DNA of 64,000 nucleotides from an uncultured Gammaproteobacteria bacterium (GTDB lineage Bacteria; Pseudomonadota; Gammaproteobacteria; Chromatiales; Chromatiaceae): NCBI GenBank assembly GCA_937862735.1, contig CALMDH010000243.1, positions 1,423 to 65,422 of the forward strand, read 5' to 3'. Shown piece by piece: positions 26,101 to 35,266 of this stretch (position 1 is its first letter; each line of letters starts with the position of its first letter). The notes under the pieces were generated by a model. It saw only the letters and a program-made list of their open reading frames with translations, ran no database searches and was not told where the DNA came from. The position numbers and the translations under genes were made by a program.

Positions 26101-26464
26101 CCGGGATCAGCTGGATCTCGACCATCTCGCCATGGACGAAAAACGAAAACCCCACCGAGGAGGGTGGTACGACCCTGCGCTTGGGCCGGCTGAGACCGGT
26201 GGCCTCGGCGCCATCTCCGTCTCCATCCTTTTCGCCTGCTAGGGAATCCTCGTCTTCGCTGTCCGGATCAGCCGGATCGAGACCGGTGTCGTCGTTGGAT
26301 ACCGGGAATAAAATGCCGGTCTGGTAGCGATCGAGGGGGCGAATGCCGCGCAGTTCTTGCCATCCGGAGGGTGGGCTACCGTCCCTAGACCTTGCGTCAG
26401 TCTCGGGGCCGATTAGACACTGGCGAAGCCAGTCGTACACTCTCTGACGTGATTCACGGTTCAT
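23123..26464 (-). CDS. DrmA-like SF2 (DEAH-type) helicase
   Basis: 1113 aa. The N-terminal region has YQTGILFP and PPSSVGFSFFV. Helicase motif I is WFPTGGGKTEAYLGL, motif II is IIQDELHLI, and the C-terminal helicase lobe has ATNMISVGLDV...QASSRVGR. A zinc-ribbon insertion (CPWCES...CTNRDC) is present. A DUF1998 gene follows directly, the DISARM core arrangement. Confidence 0.8.
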   Translation of the reverse strand: MNRESRQRVYDWLRQCLIGPETDARSRDGSPPSGWQELRGIRPLDRYQTGILFPVSNDDTGLDPADPDSEDEDSLAGEKDGDGDGAEATGLSRPKRRVVPPSSVGFSFFVHGEMVEIQLIPAAVVYDRGEERDAAGRFTSETWMPRPFGSGGNEAITIAAPTCPRSPPLRQPVFDGRAELFVLWRRQINGWLVTISLSNTQRIDDAGTGGGPGDRRDEQHADASALFGVELTCQVLKGIVGPYPRTDLALLSDEERELELRYRNHVIYAVGHGAAVDWSLTDGRVTSIRTEFLPCVEVPRVDPEAGKADGAALRVDDLAGILTHRDAICAALDRFVACYGQWIDAQQAECATLGPDLRPSGERVVARMRRAAERMQAGVDLLREDDTAARAFGLANLAMARQMRQAFLMQGGAKKRQAQRNDKAPTWRPFQLAFLLLAIKSAADEDAPERDILDLIWFPTGGGKTEAYLGLMAFVIWYRRLRYKASGGGTTVLMRYTLRLLTKDQFLRAARLICAMELMRREQPKLLGDEPVTLGLWVGGALSPNRFEDAKQLLEQAIENRETQPPSLLVLEKCPWCESPLDLRKGFDAGDQHFHFRCTNRDCAFGVSDDGLLPCNVVDSALYKTPPTLLLATIDKFARLAWEEDTSAFFGRDGNRPPELIIQDELHLIASALGSIAGLYEAGLDTVLRARGMHPKYVASTATIRMAAEQVERLYGRQRLYGDGQDDREAAIFPPPGLNAEDAYFSRTVPATDDKPGRLYIGYLAPARNRQRCLAPLAAALLAAPEALFGNATADREALLDAWWTLLIYHGSLKGVGVSRNALRDIENGIDRLRREWLELKDPADVEGGSGLGPEPWRGQLVEPDRIAHLTSHMSADENARAFARLARSRDDLEALDLALATNMISVGLDVSRLAAMIINGQPLTTAEYIQASSRVGRGAVPGIVITNYYRDQARSLSHYESFRAYHEAFYRFVEPTSVTPFTYQARRRALHAALVISVRHASDDLTANARAASFDPTKPETAKVIELLIQRCRDADPERGDVTEADLHRLVREWAALAARAAKQEQALCYKGSNRDRRGLCLLYAHDDRHKGEWPTLHNMRNVENTSVIRIL

Positions 26465-26807
26465 GGATCATTCACATGGCATATCCGACGAATCTTCCAA
26501 ACGCCAGTCCGGTAGTTCCTATTCGGCATCAACAGGTTGGGAGGAAAAAGGAAGATGGCTTACTGGCTGCAGCGTGAGCCAATGAAAAATCAATCAGAAA
26601 TAACTTGAAGTTAAGTGACCTAATGCCGCCCGTCAAGACGTCCTAGCACTTTCTAATGCCTAACAAGCGTTGGCTCTTTGAGCGACTTTTCTTTTTTTGG
26701 AGAGATGGGCTGTACTTGGTCTGGAAGATCGGTCTGGCGATGCCCGGCAGGGCGGCCCGATCGCGGCTGCGGGTGCTAGCGCTTGCGCGTCTAGGTGGGA
26801 GACGAGC

Positions 26808-27070
26808 TACTCAATAACCACTGGAGCTTGGATTCTGGCCATGATACGCACGGACCCACCATAGGTCGGGCAGGTCTCTATCTGGATACCCAAGACCCGT
26901 TTGAGGCGTTGCGCCCAACTCATCGCGGGAGGCCATTCTGCAAGTAGAGGTTGACTCATGCTCTGAGCATAGTGCCCAAACCGACGATGAAATCAGAAGG
27001 GCTTGGAGCGGAGATGCGCGTTGTGGTCTCTGAACAGCCAATAGCCGATTGCCTTGCGCTCTAAGCGCCG
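26808..27070 (-). pseudogene. IS91-family (Y2 HUH) transposase C-terminal remnant
   Basis: Hand translation of the minus strand ending at the TAG (complement of 26808-26810): ...SMSQPLLAEWPPAMSWAQRLKRVLGIQIETCPTYGGSVRIMARIQAPVVIE*. It matches the conserved IS91-type C-terminus (..WAQRLKRVFGIDIETCxxCGGxxKxIAxIEDPxVI..). The second Cys of CxxC is replaced by Tyr and the tail is truncated. An in-frame stop lies about 60 codons upstream, and weaker similarity continues in another frame. Confidence 0.6.
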
Positions 27071-27438
27071 AAGTCAATGACCGCTTCATGATCCACAGCC
27101 GACGGCCTTAGACAAGGTGTCTATGTCCGAACTTGGAACTAAAGGGTCACAACAAACAGCTTGATGAGCGTTCGCTATCAGTGAAGATGACAATAGGCAT
27201 CGATTCATCCTTTTGCACAGGGTCGCTCAGCTGTTATGTGTAGCAGGTTATTCAAGTTATGGGTGTTACAGCGAAAGTCTGGCAGGCTGCCAGGTCTACG
27301 GCCTCCAAGGTAAAGGTGACAACTGCGCGCTGAGCACTAGGCAAAACAGGCTGGAGTCACTACTTTAATACCCATGGCCTCCCGGGTGGAGGCTGGATTC
27401 CGCTTCATCCCAACCCCTGCCAAGAGGATCTCCCGATC

Positions 27439-27864
27439 ATGAACTGGAAAGAACAACTCGATAAGGCCGTGGCCGCCGTCAAGGAGGCCGCCTCCAGCGA
27501 GAAGGCCCAGGAACTCGCCGCCAAGGCCAAGGCCACCGCGGCGGTGGTGGTGGACAAGGTCAAGAGCGGCGCCGTCGATGCCGCCGATGCCCTGGTGGAG
27601 GCCAACCGCGACCCCTCCGCCCTGCGGGTGCAGTTCCTGAACGCCGATCTCAGCATCCTCTCCCCCGCCGAGGGGATCTCCATCAGCCGGCCCGATGCCG
27701 CGACCCTGGTGGTCGCCGATGGCCAGGGTAACGGCCTGGTGATCAACGCCGCCGCTGATCCGGCCTACGTCGCCGAGATGATCGGCTCGGTCACCCGGTT
27801 GAACGGCAATACCTTCGATCTGGGCACCGAGGATGGCGTCAACGTCGTCGTGACCAAGTTCTGA
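27439..27864 (+). CDS. Hypothetical small protein (141 aa)
   Basis: GC3-rich ORF with an Ala/Lys-rich helical N-terminus and a beta-rich C-terminus. A bidirectional terminator follows it. No motif recognised. Confidence 0.5.
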   Translation: MNWKEQLDKAVAAVKEAASSEKAQELAAKAKATAAVVVDKVKSGAVDAADALVEANRDPSALRVQFLNADLSILSPAEGISISRPDAATLVVADGQGNGLVINAAADPAYVAEMIGSVTRLNGNTFDLGTEDGVNVVVTKF

Positions 27865-27977
27865 ACTGCCGCACGTCCCGCCTGAGAGCACCCGCGCCGG
27901 ATAATCCGGTGCTTTTGCGAGGGCCACGCCCAGTTCAGCGGCCATCGTCTCTAATTCCCACGTAACCGAGGAAAGTG

Positions 27978-28004
27978 CAAAAGGGGCCTGATGGCCCCTT
28001 TTTC
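27978..28004. terminator. Bidirectional intrinsic terminator between the 141-aa ORF and pnp
   Basis: AAAA-GGGGCC-TGAT-GGCCCC-TTTTT: a perfect 6-bp GC stem flanked by an A-run and a T-run. Confidence 0.75.
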
Positions 28005-28029
28005 ACCGCTAAAGATTTATGGCTGGCGA

Positions 28030-30117
28030 TCAGGCCTGATCGATGGCCTTCATGCTCAGGCGGATGCGGCCCTGCTTGTCCACCTCCAGGACCTTGACGC
28101 GGACGACGTCACCCTCCGCCAGCTTGTCGCTGACGTTCTGGACGCGCTCGTCGCTGATCTGGGAGATGTGCACCAGCCCATCGCGGCCCGGGAGGATGGT
28201 GACGAAGGCACCAAAGTCCATAAGCCGCGCCACCCGGCCCTCGTAGATCGCGCCCACTTCGACGTCGGCGGTGATGAGGGCGATGCGGCGCTTGGCCTCC
28301 TCGCCGGCGCTCTTGACCACGGAGAAGATCTTCACCAGGCCATTGTCGTTGATGTCGATGGTGGCCCCGGTCTCCTCGGTGATGGCGCGGATGACGGAGC
28401 CGCCCTTGCCGATGACGTCGCGGATCTTCTCCGGGTGGATCCTGAACTCGATGATGCGCGGGGCGTGCTCGGACATCTCGGCGCGGTGGGCGCCGATGAC
28501 CTTGTTCATCTCGCCGAGGATGTGCAGCCGTCCCTCCTTGGCCTGGGCCAGGGCCTGCTCCATGATCTCCTTGGTGATGCCCTCAATCTTGATGTCCATC
28601 TGCAGGGCGTTGATGCCAGTAGCGGTGCCGGCGACCTTGAAGTCCATGTCGCCCAGGTGGTCCTCGTCGCCCATGATGTCGGTGAGGACGGCGAAACGGT
28701 CACCCTCCTTGATCAGGCCCATGGCCACGCCGGCCACGGCGCCCTTGATGGGCACGCCGGCATCCATCAGCGACAGGCTGGTGCCGCAGACGCTGGCCAT
28801 GGAGCTGGAACCGTTGGACTCGGTGATCTCGGAGACCACGCGCACCGAGTAGGGGAACTCGTCGATGTTGGGCATGCAGGCGAGGATGCCGCGCTTGGCC
28901 AGGCGCCCGTGGCCGATCTCCCGGCGCTTGGGACTGCCGATGCGGCCGATCTCGCCGACGCAGAAGGGCGGGAAGTTGTAGTGGAGCATGAAGGGTTCCT
29001 TCCGCTCCCCCTCCAGGGCGTCGATGATCTGGGAGTCGCGCTCGGTGCCGAGGGTGGTGACCACCAGGGCCTGGGTCTCGCCGCGGGTGAAGAGGGCGGA
29101 ACCATGGGTGCGCGGCAGGACGCCGGTGCGGATAGTGATGGGGCGGACGGTCCGAGTGTCGCGGCCGTCGATGCGTGGCTCGCCGGCCAGGATCCGGCCA
29201 CGAACGATCTGGCTCTCCAGCCTTTCGATGGCGCCGTAGACCTGGGGTTGGGTCCAGGTGGTGCCCTCGCCGCTCAGCTCGGCGTAGAGCTCGGTGCGGA
29301 TGGCGTCCAGGGCCTCGTAGCGGGCCATCTTTTCCTTGATGCGATAGGCCTCACCCAAGCGCTCGGCGGCGATGGCCTCGACGGCGGCGGCCAGGGCCGG
29401 GTTGGTCTCGGCCGGGGTCCAGGCCAGGGGCTTCTTGTTGACCTCGGCGGCCAGCTCGCGAATGGCCTGGATGGCCACCTGCATCTGCTCATGGCCGAAG
29501 AGCACGGCGCCGAGCATGACCTCCTCCGACAGGCCCCGGGCCTCGGACTCGACCATCAGGACGGCGTGCTCGGTCCCGGCGACGATCAGGTCCAGATCGC
29601 TGTCGGGGCCCAGGCCGACGACGGCAGGGTTGAGGAGGTATTCGCCGTTCTTGTAGCCCACCCGCGCGGCGGCGATGGGGCCGTTGAAGGGCGCGCCGGA
29701 GATGGCCAGGGCCGCCGAGGCGCCGATCATGGCCGGCACCTCCGGGTTGACGGCGGGATTGAGGGACTTGACCGTGGCGATGATCTGCACCTCGCGGCCA
29801 AAGCCCTCGGCGAAGAGGGGACGGATCGGCCGATCGATAAGGCGCGAGGTGAGGATCTCGTTCTCGCTCGGGCGCCCCTCGCGGCGGAAGAAGCCGCCGG
29901 GGATGCGGCCCGCGGCGTAGGTCTTCTCCTGATAGTCCACGGTCAGGGGCAGGAAGTCCTTGATCTCGGTGGCACGTTTGTCGATGACCACGGTCACCAG
30001 GACCACGGTGTCATCGACGTTGATCAGCACGGCGCCATCGGCCTGGCGGGCGATCTCGCCCGTCTCCAGGGTCACGGTCTGGGCGCCGAATTGGAAGGTT
30101 TTTTTGATGGGAGTCAC
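28030..30117 (-). CDS. pnp: Polyribonucleotide nucleotidyltransferase (PNPase)
   Basis: 695 aa with two RNase PH domains plus KH and S1 domains. Recognised by [35 protein letters not shown] and the C-terminal [17 protein letters not shown]1 motif. Conserved rpsO-pnp synteny. Confidence 0.95.
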   Translation of the reverse strand: MTPIKKTFQFGAQTVTLETGEIARQADGAVLINVDDTVVLVTVVIDKRATEIKDFLPLTVDYQEKTYAAGRIPGGFFRREGRPSENEILTSRLIDRPIRPLFAEGFGREVQIIATVKSLNPAVNPEVPAMIGASAALAISGAPFNGPIAAARVGYKNGEYLLNPAVVGLGPDSDLDLIVAGTEHAVLMVESEARGLSEEVMLGAVLFGHEQMQVAIQAIRELAAEVNKKPLAWTPAETNPALAAAVEAIAAERLGEAYRIKEKMARYEALDAIRTELYAELSGEGTTWTQPQVYGAIERLESQIVRGRILAGEPRIDGRDTRTVRPITIRTGVLPRTHGSALFTRGETQALVVTTLGTERDSQIIDALEGERKEPFMLHYNFPPFCVGEIGRIGSPKRREIGHGRLAKRGILACMPNIDEFPYSVRVVSEITESNGSSSMASVCGTSLSLMDAGVPIKGAVAGVAMGLIKEGDRFAVLTDIMGDEDHLGDMDFKVAGTATGINALQMDIKIEGITKEIMEQALAQAKEGRLHILGEMNKVIGAHRAEMSEHAPRIIEFRIHPEKIRDVIGKGGSVIRAITEETGATIDINDNGLVKIFSVVKSAGEEAKRRIALITADVEVGAIYEGRVARLMDFGAFVTILPGRDGLVHISQISDERVQNVSDKLAEGDVVRVKVLEVDKQGRIRLSMKAIDQA

Positions 30118-30358
30118 TGGGGGTTCCTCGGGGCTGGTGCGGGCCGGGACGCGGGGCCCGAATGGAGCGGCCTGAAGGCGCCGGCGCGGAGCGGGCCAAC
30201 GCCAAACGGGTTGCCGCCGGGCGGCACCCGGGGGCCTGGCCCCCGGTGGCGCGCCGAGCTAGGAGGTGAACACCTCCCCGCGCCAGCGCGGGGGGTGCGA
30301 GAGACGGCAGGTCCAACGCCGGTGATCCCGGCGTCGGAACGGAGCCCTGACAAGCGGC
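30118..30358 (-). promoter_or_regulatory. rpsO-pnp intergenic leader with stem-loops
   Basis: A 10-bp stem (CCGACGCCGG-GATCA-CCGGCGTTGG, minus strand, about 30314-30338) lies just after the rpsO stop and has no U-tract. Further GC-rich pairing lies upstream of pnp. By analogy with the E. coli RNase III/PNPase autoregulated leader; function not shown by sequence alone. Confidence 0.35.
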
Positions 30359-30628
30359 TCAGCGACGCAGACCCAGGCGACCAATCAGCGCGCGATAGCG
30401 GTCCAGGTCCTTGCCCTTGAGGTAGTCCAGCAGTTTGCGGCGGGAATTCACCATCCGCACCAGGCCGCGGCGGGAGTGATGGTCGCCCTTGTGCTGGGCG
30501 AAGTGACCGCTGAGGTCGAGGATGCGGGCGGTCAGCAGGGCCACCTGGACCTCGGGGGAACCCGTGTCGCCCGGGGCACGCTGATAATCCTGAATGACCT
30601 TGGCTTTGTCGGCTGCGCTCATTGCCAT
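30359..30628 (-). CDS. rpsO: 30S ribosomal protein S15
   Basis: 89 aa: [58 protein letters not shown]. Confidence 0.95.
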   Translation of the reverse strand: MAMSAADKAKVIQDYQRAPGDTGSPEVQVALLTARILDLSGHFAQHKGDHHSRRGLVRMVNSRRKLLDYLKGKDLDRYRALIGRLGLRR

Positions 30629-30773
30629 GTTGTCTGCCTCCCGTGAAGGTGTGACGCAATTAAAGCCCGGGGCGGTGGTTGCCGCCGACCCTCCGACAAT
30701 GAGATCAGGGGGCCAGGCCGTTAAAAAAGCCGGCGGGCACCCGCCCGCCAGCGGTGAAAATTATACCCCGCCG

Positions 30774-31697
30774 CTAGAGCAGGCGCTTGGGCTGGACCTT
30801 GCCATCATCGAGGATGCAGCCGACACCGAGGAAGTGGCGGGAGGGGTCGTAGAGCCGCACCAACCCCGCGGTGGGGGCCTGGGGCACCAGCACCGCCTGC
30901 CCCTGGCGCAGATAGAAGGCGGCATCCGCCGTCAGGCGCACCGCCGGCCAATGCTCCAGGGCGCTCTCCAGGGGCAGGAGCAGGCTGTCCAGGGCGGGAT
31001 AGGGGTCCTCCTCGGCGGCGATGAGGTCCTCGATCTCCTCCAGGGTCACGAAGCGCCGCTCGGGTTCGACATAGGGCCCGACCCCGGTGCGGCGCAGGCC
31101 GATGACGTGTCCGCCACAACCGAGCTCGGCGCCGATATCCTCGGCCAGGGTGCGGACATAGGTGCCCTTGGAACAATGAACGTCCAGTTCCAGCTCCGGC
31201 AGGGCCAGGTCGATCAACACCATGCGGTGGATGGTCACCGTCCGCGGCTGGCGCTCGACCTCGATCCCCTGGCGCGCCAGCTTGTAGAGGCGCTCCCCCT
31301 GATGCTTGACCGCCGAGTACATGGGCGGAAGCTGCTCGATGGGGCCCAGGAACCGCGCCATGACCGCCTGCAGCCGGGTCTCGTCGACCCCCACCACCGG
31401 GCGCGTCTCCAGGACCTCGCCCTCGGCGTCCGCCGTGGTGGTGGTGATCCCCAGCCGGATACGCACCCGATAGTGCTTGTCGGCATCGAGGAGATAGGTG
31501 GAGAACTTGGTCGCGCCCCCCAGACAAACCGGCAGGAGACCGGTCGCCAGGGGATCCAGGCTGCCAGTGTGCCCCGCCTTGTTGGCCTGATAGAGTCGCT
31601 TGACCCGCTGCAAGGCCTCGTTCGAGGACAGGTGCAGCGGTTTATCGAGCAGCAGGATGCCATCGATGTCACGGCCGTGCTTACGCCGACGCCCCAT
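30774..31697 (-). CDS. truB: tRNA pseudouridine(55) synthase
   Basis: 307 aa with GILLLDKPLHLSSNEAL, the GHTGSLDPLATGLLPVCLG catalytic Asp motif, and synteny. Confidence 0.9.
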   Translation of the reverse strand: MGRRRKHGRDIDGILLLDKPLHLSSNEALQRVKRLYQANKAGHTGSLDPLATGLLPVCLGGATKFSTYLLDADKHYRVRIRLGITTTTADAEGEVLETRPVVGVDETRLQAVMARFLGPIEQLPPMYSAVKHQGERLYKLARQGIEVERQPRTVTIHRMVLIDLALPELELDVHCSKGTYVRTLAEDIGAELGCGGHVIGLRRTGVGPYVEPERRFVTLEEIEDLIAAEEDPYPALDSLLLPLESALEHWPAVRLTADAAFYLRQGQAVLVPQAPTAGLVRLYDPSRHFLGVGCILDDGKVQPKRLL

Positions 31698-31763
31698 GGA
31701 TCGTTTGTCCTTCAGTAAACGGAAAACGGAAAGGAAGTGCCGATGAGACGGCCAGCCCTGAGG

Positions 31764-32279
31764 TCAGCCGCCCCCGGCGCTGGCAGGCGGGGCGGAACCT
31801 CGCCCCCCGCTCCCCGGCTCGTCGCGGCTCGGCCCCGCGTCCACCCCCGCGGGGTTCCCGGCCGCCGGGGTCATGGCCGCCGCCGGCCCCACGTCCTGGG
31901 CCGCTTCGGCCACCGCGCCGTCCCCCTGACCGGAGGCGAGGGCCTCGTCGATGAGGTGCGTGAGGTGCTCGCCCCGGGCGATGGACTCGTCATGTTCGAA
32001 GTGCAGTTGCGGGATGGTCCGCAACCGCACCCGCCGCGCCAGTTGGGCGCGGAGGAAACCGGCGAGCTTGCCGTTGAGCAGCCTGGCCTGTTCCTGGCTG
32101 CCCTCGTCCAGGGGGAAGCAGGTGAAATAGACCTTGGCCCAGGACAGGTCACGGCTGACGCGCACCTCCTGGAGGGTCACGCGGTGCAGGCGCGGGTCGC
32201 GGACCTCGTCGCGCAGGATGGCGACCAGCTCCCGCCGCAGTTCCGCGCCAATGCGCTCGGTGCGGTCAAATTCCTTCAT
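31764..32279 (-). CDS. rbfA: Ribosome-binding factor A with a low-complexity C-terminal tail
   Basis: The N-terminal 120 aa (RTERIGAELRRELVAILRDEVRDPRL...VTLQEVRVSRDLSWAKVYF) are RbfA. A Gly/Ala/Pro-rich extension follows. Confidence 0.85.
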   Translation of the reverse strand: MKEFDRTERIGAELRRELVAILRDEVRDPRLHRVTLQEVRVSRDLSWAKVYFTCFPLDEGSQEQARLLNGKLAGFLRAQLARRVRLRTIPQLHFEHDESIARGEHLTHLIDEALASGQGDGAVAEAAQDVGPAAAMTPAAGNPAGVDAGPSRDEPGSGGRGSAPPASAGGG

Positions 32280-32329
32280 GACTCGCCCGGTTGCCCCGCC
32301 GGGCTCAAATCGTTCATGGCGGCCAAGAC

Positions 32330-35248
32330 TCAGAGCTCACGCTTACGCACGGTGCGCTCGAAGACCTCGATGTGGTCGCCAACCCGCACGTCGTTGTAGT
32401 TCTTGACGCCGATGCCGCACTCCATGCCCGCCTTGACCTCGCCGGCATCCTCCTTGAAGCGGCGCAGGGACTCCAGGGCCCCCTCGTAGATGACCACGTT
32501 GTCGCGCAGCACGCGGATGGGGTTGTTGCGCTTGACCACGCCCTCCACCACCATGCAGCCAGCGATGGCGCCGAACTTGGAGGAGCGGAAGACGTCGCGC
32601 ACCTCGGCCAGGCCGATGATGGACTCGGTCACCTCCGGGCTGAGCAGACCGGACAGGGCCTTCTTCACGTCGTCCAGCAACTCGTAGATGATGCTGTAGT
32701 AGCGCAGATCGAGGCCCTTGTCCTCCACCACCCGGCGGGCGGCGGCGTCGGCGCGGACGTTAAAGCCGAGCAGGATGGCGTTCGAGGTCACCGCCAGGTT
32801 GGCGTCGGACTCGGTGATGCCCCCCACCCCGGCGGCGACGATGACCACCTTGACCTCGTCCGTGGACAGCTTGTTGAGGCTGTCGCGCAGGGCCTCCATG
32901 CTGCCCTGGACATCGGCCTTGAGGACGATGTTGACCGTCTTGGCCTCGCCCTCCTTGAGCTGGGAAAAGAGCTGATCGAGGCTGGCGACCTTCTGGTCCT
33001 CGAACCGCGAGGCCCGCTCGCGACCGGCGCGCAGGGCGGCGACTTCACGGGCGCGGCGCTCATCGGCCACCACCACCACCTCGTCGCCGGCGTTGGGGGT
33101 ACCGGACAGCCCCAGGACCTGGACCGGGATGGACGGTCCGGCCTCCTTTACCAGGCGGCCGGTCTCGTCGAACATGGCCCGTACCCGGCCGAACTCGGTG
33201 CCGGTGACGATCATGTCACCCTGGTGGAGGGTGCCGGCCTGAACCAGGATGGTGGCCACCGGGCCACGGCCCTTGTCGAGACTGGATTCGACCACCGCGC
33301 CCCGCGCCGGACCGGAGACCGGGGCCTTGAGCTCCAGGACCTCCGCCTGCAAGAGCACGGCGTCGAGCAGATCGTCGATGCCCAGGCCCGACTTGGCGGA
33401 GACCTGAACCATCATGGTGTCGCCACCCCACTCCTCGGCTACCACCTCGTGCTGGGTCAGCTCCTGCATGACCCGGTCCGGGTTGGCCGCGGGCTTGTCC
33501 ATCTTGTTGATGGCGACCACGATCGGCACCTTGGAGGCGCGGGCATGCTGGATGGCTTCCACCGTCTGGGGCATGACCCCGTCGTCCGCCGCCACCACCA
33601 GGATGACGATGTCGGTGACCTGGGCGCCGCGGGCGCGCATGGCGGAGAAGGCGGCGTGGCCGGGGGTGTCGAGGAAGGACACCATGCCCCGCGCCGTCTT
33701 CACGTGATAGGCACCAATGTGCTGGGTGATGCCGCCGGCCTCGCCCGCCGCCACCTTGGTGCGGCGGATGTAGTCGAGCAGGGAGGTCTTGCCGTGGTCG
33801 ACATGGCCCATGATGGTGACCACCGGTGGCCGGGGCTCCTGGGCCAGTTCGCCCAGCTCCCGCTCCAGCTCCTTCATCAGGGCGTCCTCGACGTCCTCGC
33901 GCTTGGCGGCGATGGCCTTGTGGCCCATCTCCTCCACCAGCAGGCTGGCGGTATCCGCATCCAGGGTCTGGTTGATGGTGACCATCATGCCCTGCTTGAA
34001 CAGCTCGCGGATGACATCGCTGGCCTTGACGGACATGCGCGCCGCCAGTTCGCCGACGGTGATGGACTCCGGGATCTCCACCTCCCGGACCACCTTCATG
34101 GTCGGGCGCTGGAAGCCGTGCTTGTCCTGGAGCTGGGGCTTGCCCATGCGCTTCTTGCGCCGCACGCCCCGGCCGCCGGCCGGGCCGCCGCCCGCCTCTT
34201 CCTCGTACTCCGCCACCAGGGGCAGGATGTCGCGATCCCGCAGGGAGTCCTTGCGCGCCGCCTTCTTGACGGACTTCTCCTTCTCGGTGGTCTCGACGCG
34301 GGGTTTGACGATCTTGAGGGGCTTGGGCTCGGCCTTAGCGCCCTCCTCCTTGCGCGCCTTGGCGCGGGCCAGGGATTCTTCGTCCTCTTCCTCTGCAAGG
34401 ACTTCCGCCTCGATCTCCACCAGACGGGCCTTGGCCTCTTCCTCGGCGCGGCGGCGTTCCTCTTCCTCCGCCAGGCGGCGGGCCTCCGCCTCGGCCTGAC
34501 GCCGCAGTTCCTCCTGCGCCCGGCGACGGGCTTCCTCCTCGCGGGCCTGGCGTTCCTGATCCTCGAGATCGGCGTAGCGCCGGGCCTCGACCTCGGCGCG
34601 GCGGGCCTCAAGCTCACTACGGCGCCGGGCCTCGTCGATCCGCGGCCGCGGGGGCTCGGCCCGACGGCGGGTCTCGGTGGCCGCCGGGCGGGCCGGGGCA
34701 GCGGTTGGCGCCCGGGGCGCGGGCGCGGGCGCGGCTGGGGCGAGGGGCGCGGGCGTGGCCTCGACCGGCGTCGGCGCGGGGGCCGGCGCAGGCGCGGGCG
34801 CAAGGGTGGGGGTCGGGACCGCTGCCGGCGCCGCGGCCGGGGCGGGGGCTACGGGCGCGGGGGTAGCGACCGGCGCCTCGCCCTCGCCGACCCCCGGGCG
34901 CTTGACGTAGACCCGCTTCTTGCGCACCTCGACGCTGACCGTCTTGGCCCGGGGCGCCGGGGCAGCGGTCCGGGGGCCTCCCGGTGAGCGGGGGGCCACC
35001 GCGGGCTGACGCAGTTCGCTGACGGACTTGCGCTTGAGGGTGACGCGACTGGGGGCCGCGGCGGCCTCGGCCGTGTCCTGCTTGCCGTGGCTGCGGCGCA
35101 GATAGGTCAGGAGCTGGATCTTCTCCTGCTCACTGAGCTGGGAATCGGGGTCGGTGACGGCGATCCCCGCATCCTGTAATTGACTCAGCAGACGTTCGAC
35201 CGGAATGCCCACGATACCGGCGAGATGTTTGACCGTAACTTCACTCAT
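32330..35248 (-). CDS. infB: Translation initiation factor IF-2
   Basis: 972 aa with an Ala/Pro/Glu/Arg-rich N-terminal region, the G-domain [17 protein letters not shown]...DTPGHAAF...NKMD, and a conserved C-terminus. Confidence 0.95.
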   Translation of the reverse strand: MSEVTVKHLAGIVGIPVERLLSQLQDAGIAVTDPDSQLSEQEKIQLLTYLRRSHGKQDTAEAAAAPSRVTLKRKSVSELRQPAVAPRSPGGPRTAAPAPRAKTVSVEVRKKRVYVKRPGVGEGEAPVATPAPVAPAPAAAPAAVPTPTLAPAPAPAPAPTPVEATPAPLAPAAPAPAPRAPTAAPARPAATETRRRAEPPRPRIDEARRRSELEARRAEVEARRYADLEDQERQAREEEARRRAQEELRRQAEAEARRLAEEEERRRAEEEAKARLVEIEAEVLAEEEDEESLARAKARKEEGAKAEPKPLKIVKPRVETTEKEKSVKKAARKDSLRDRDILPLVAEYEEEAGGGPAGGRGVRRKKRMGKPQLQDKHGFQRPTMKVVREVEIPESITVGELAARMSVKASDVIRELFKQGMMVTINQTLDADTASLLVEEMGHKAIAAKREDVEDALMKELERELGELAQEPRPPVVTIMGHVDHGKTSLLDYIRRTKVAAGEAGGITQHIGAYHVKTARGMVSFLDTPGHAAFSAMRARGAQVTDIVILVVAADDGVMPQTVEAIQHARASKVPIVVAINKMDKPAANPDRVMQELTQHEVVAEEWGGDTMMVQVSAKSGLGIDDLLDAVLLQAEVLELKAPVSGPARGAVVESSLDKGRGPVATILVQAGTLHQGDMIVTGTEFGRVRAMFDETGRLVKEAGPSIPVQVLGLSGTPNAGDEVVVVADERRAREVAALRAGRERASRFEDQKVASLDQLFSQLKEGEAKTVNIVLKADVQGSMEALRDSLNKLSTDEVKVVIVAAGVGGITESDANLAVTSNAILLGFNVRADAAARRVVEDKGLDLRYYSIIYELLDDVKKALSGLLSPEVTESIIGLAEVRDVFRSSKFGAIAGCMVVEGVVKRNNPIRVLRDNVVIYEGALESLRRFKEDAGEVKAGMECGIGVKNYNDVRVGDHIEVFERTVRKREL

Positions 35249-35266
35249 TCGGTGTGGCCTCCGGCG

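Noticed and set aside
27991-30420. 809-aa plus-strand ORF (similar long ORFs at 32291..34987 +, 35180..36754 +, 8786..10654 -, 51529..52998 +, 53567..54691 +, 47657..49156 -, 30594..31718 +)
   Set aside because: Each lies antisense to a gene with unmistakable conserved motifs (pnp, infB, nusA, oxoprolinase, HAO cytochrome, lipA, ABC genes, truB). Their translations are low-complexity G/A/D/H/L/R strings. These are typical shadow ORFs of high-GC DNA with few stop codons.
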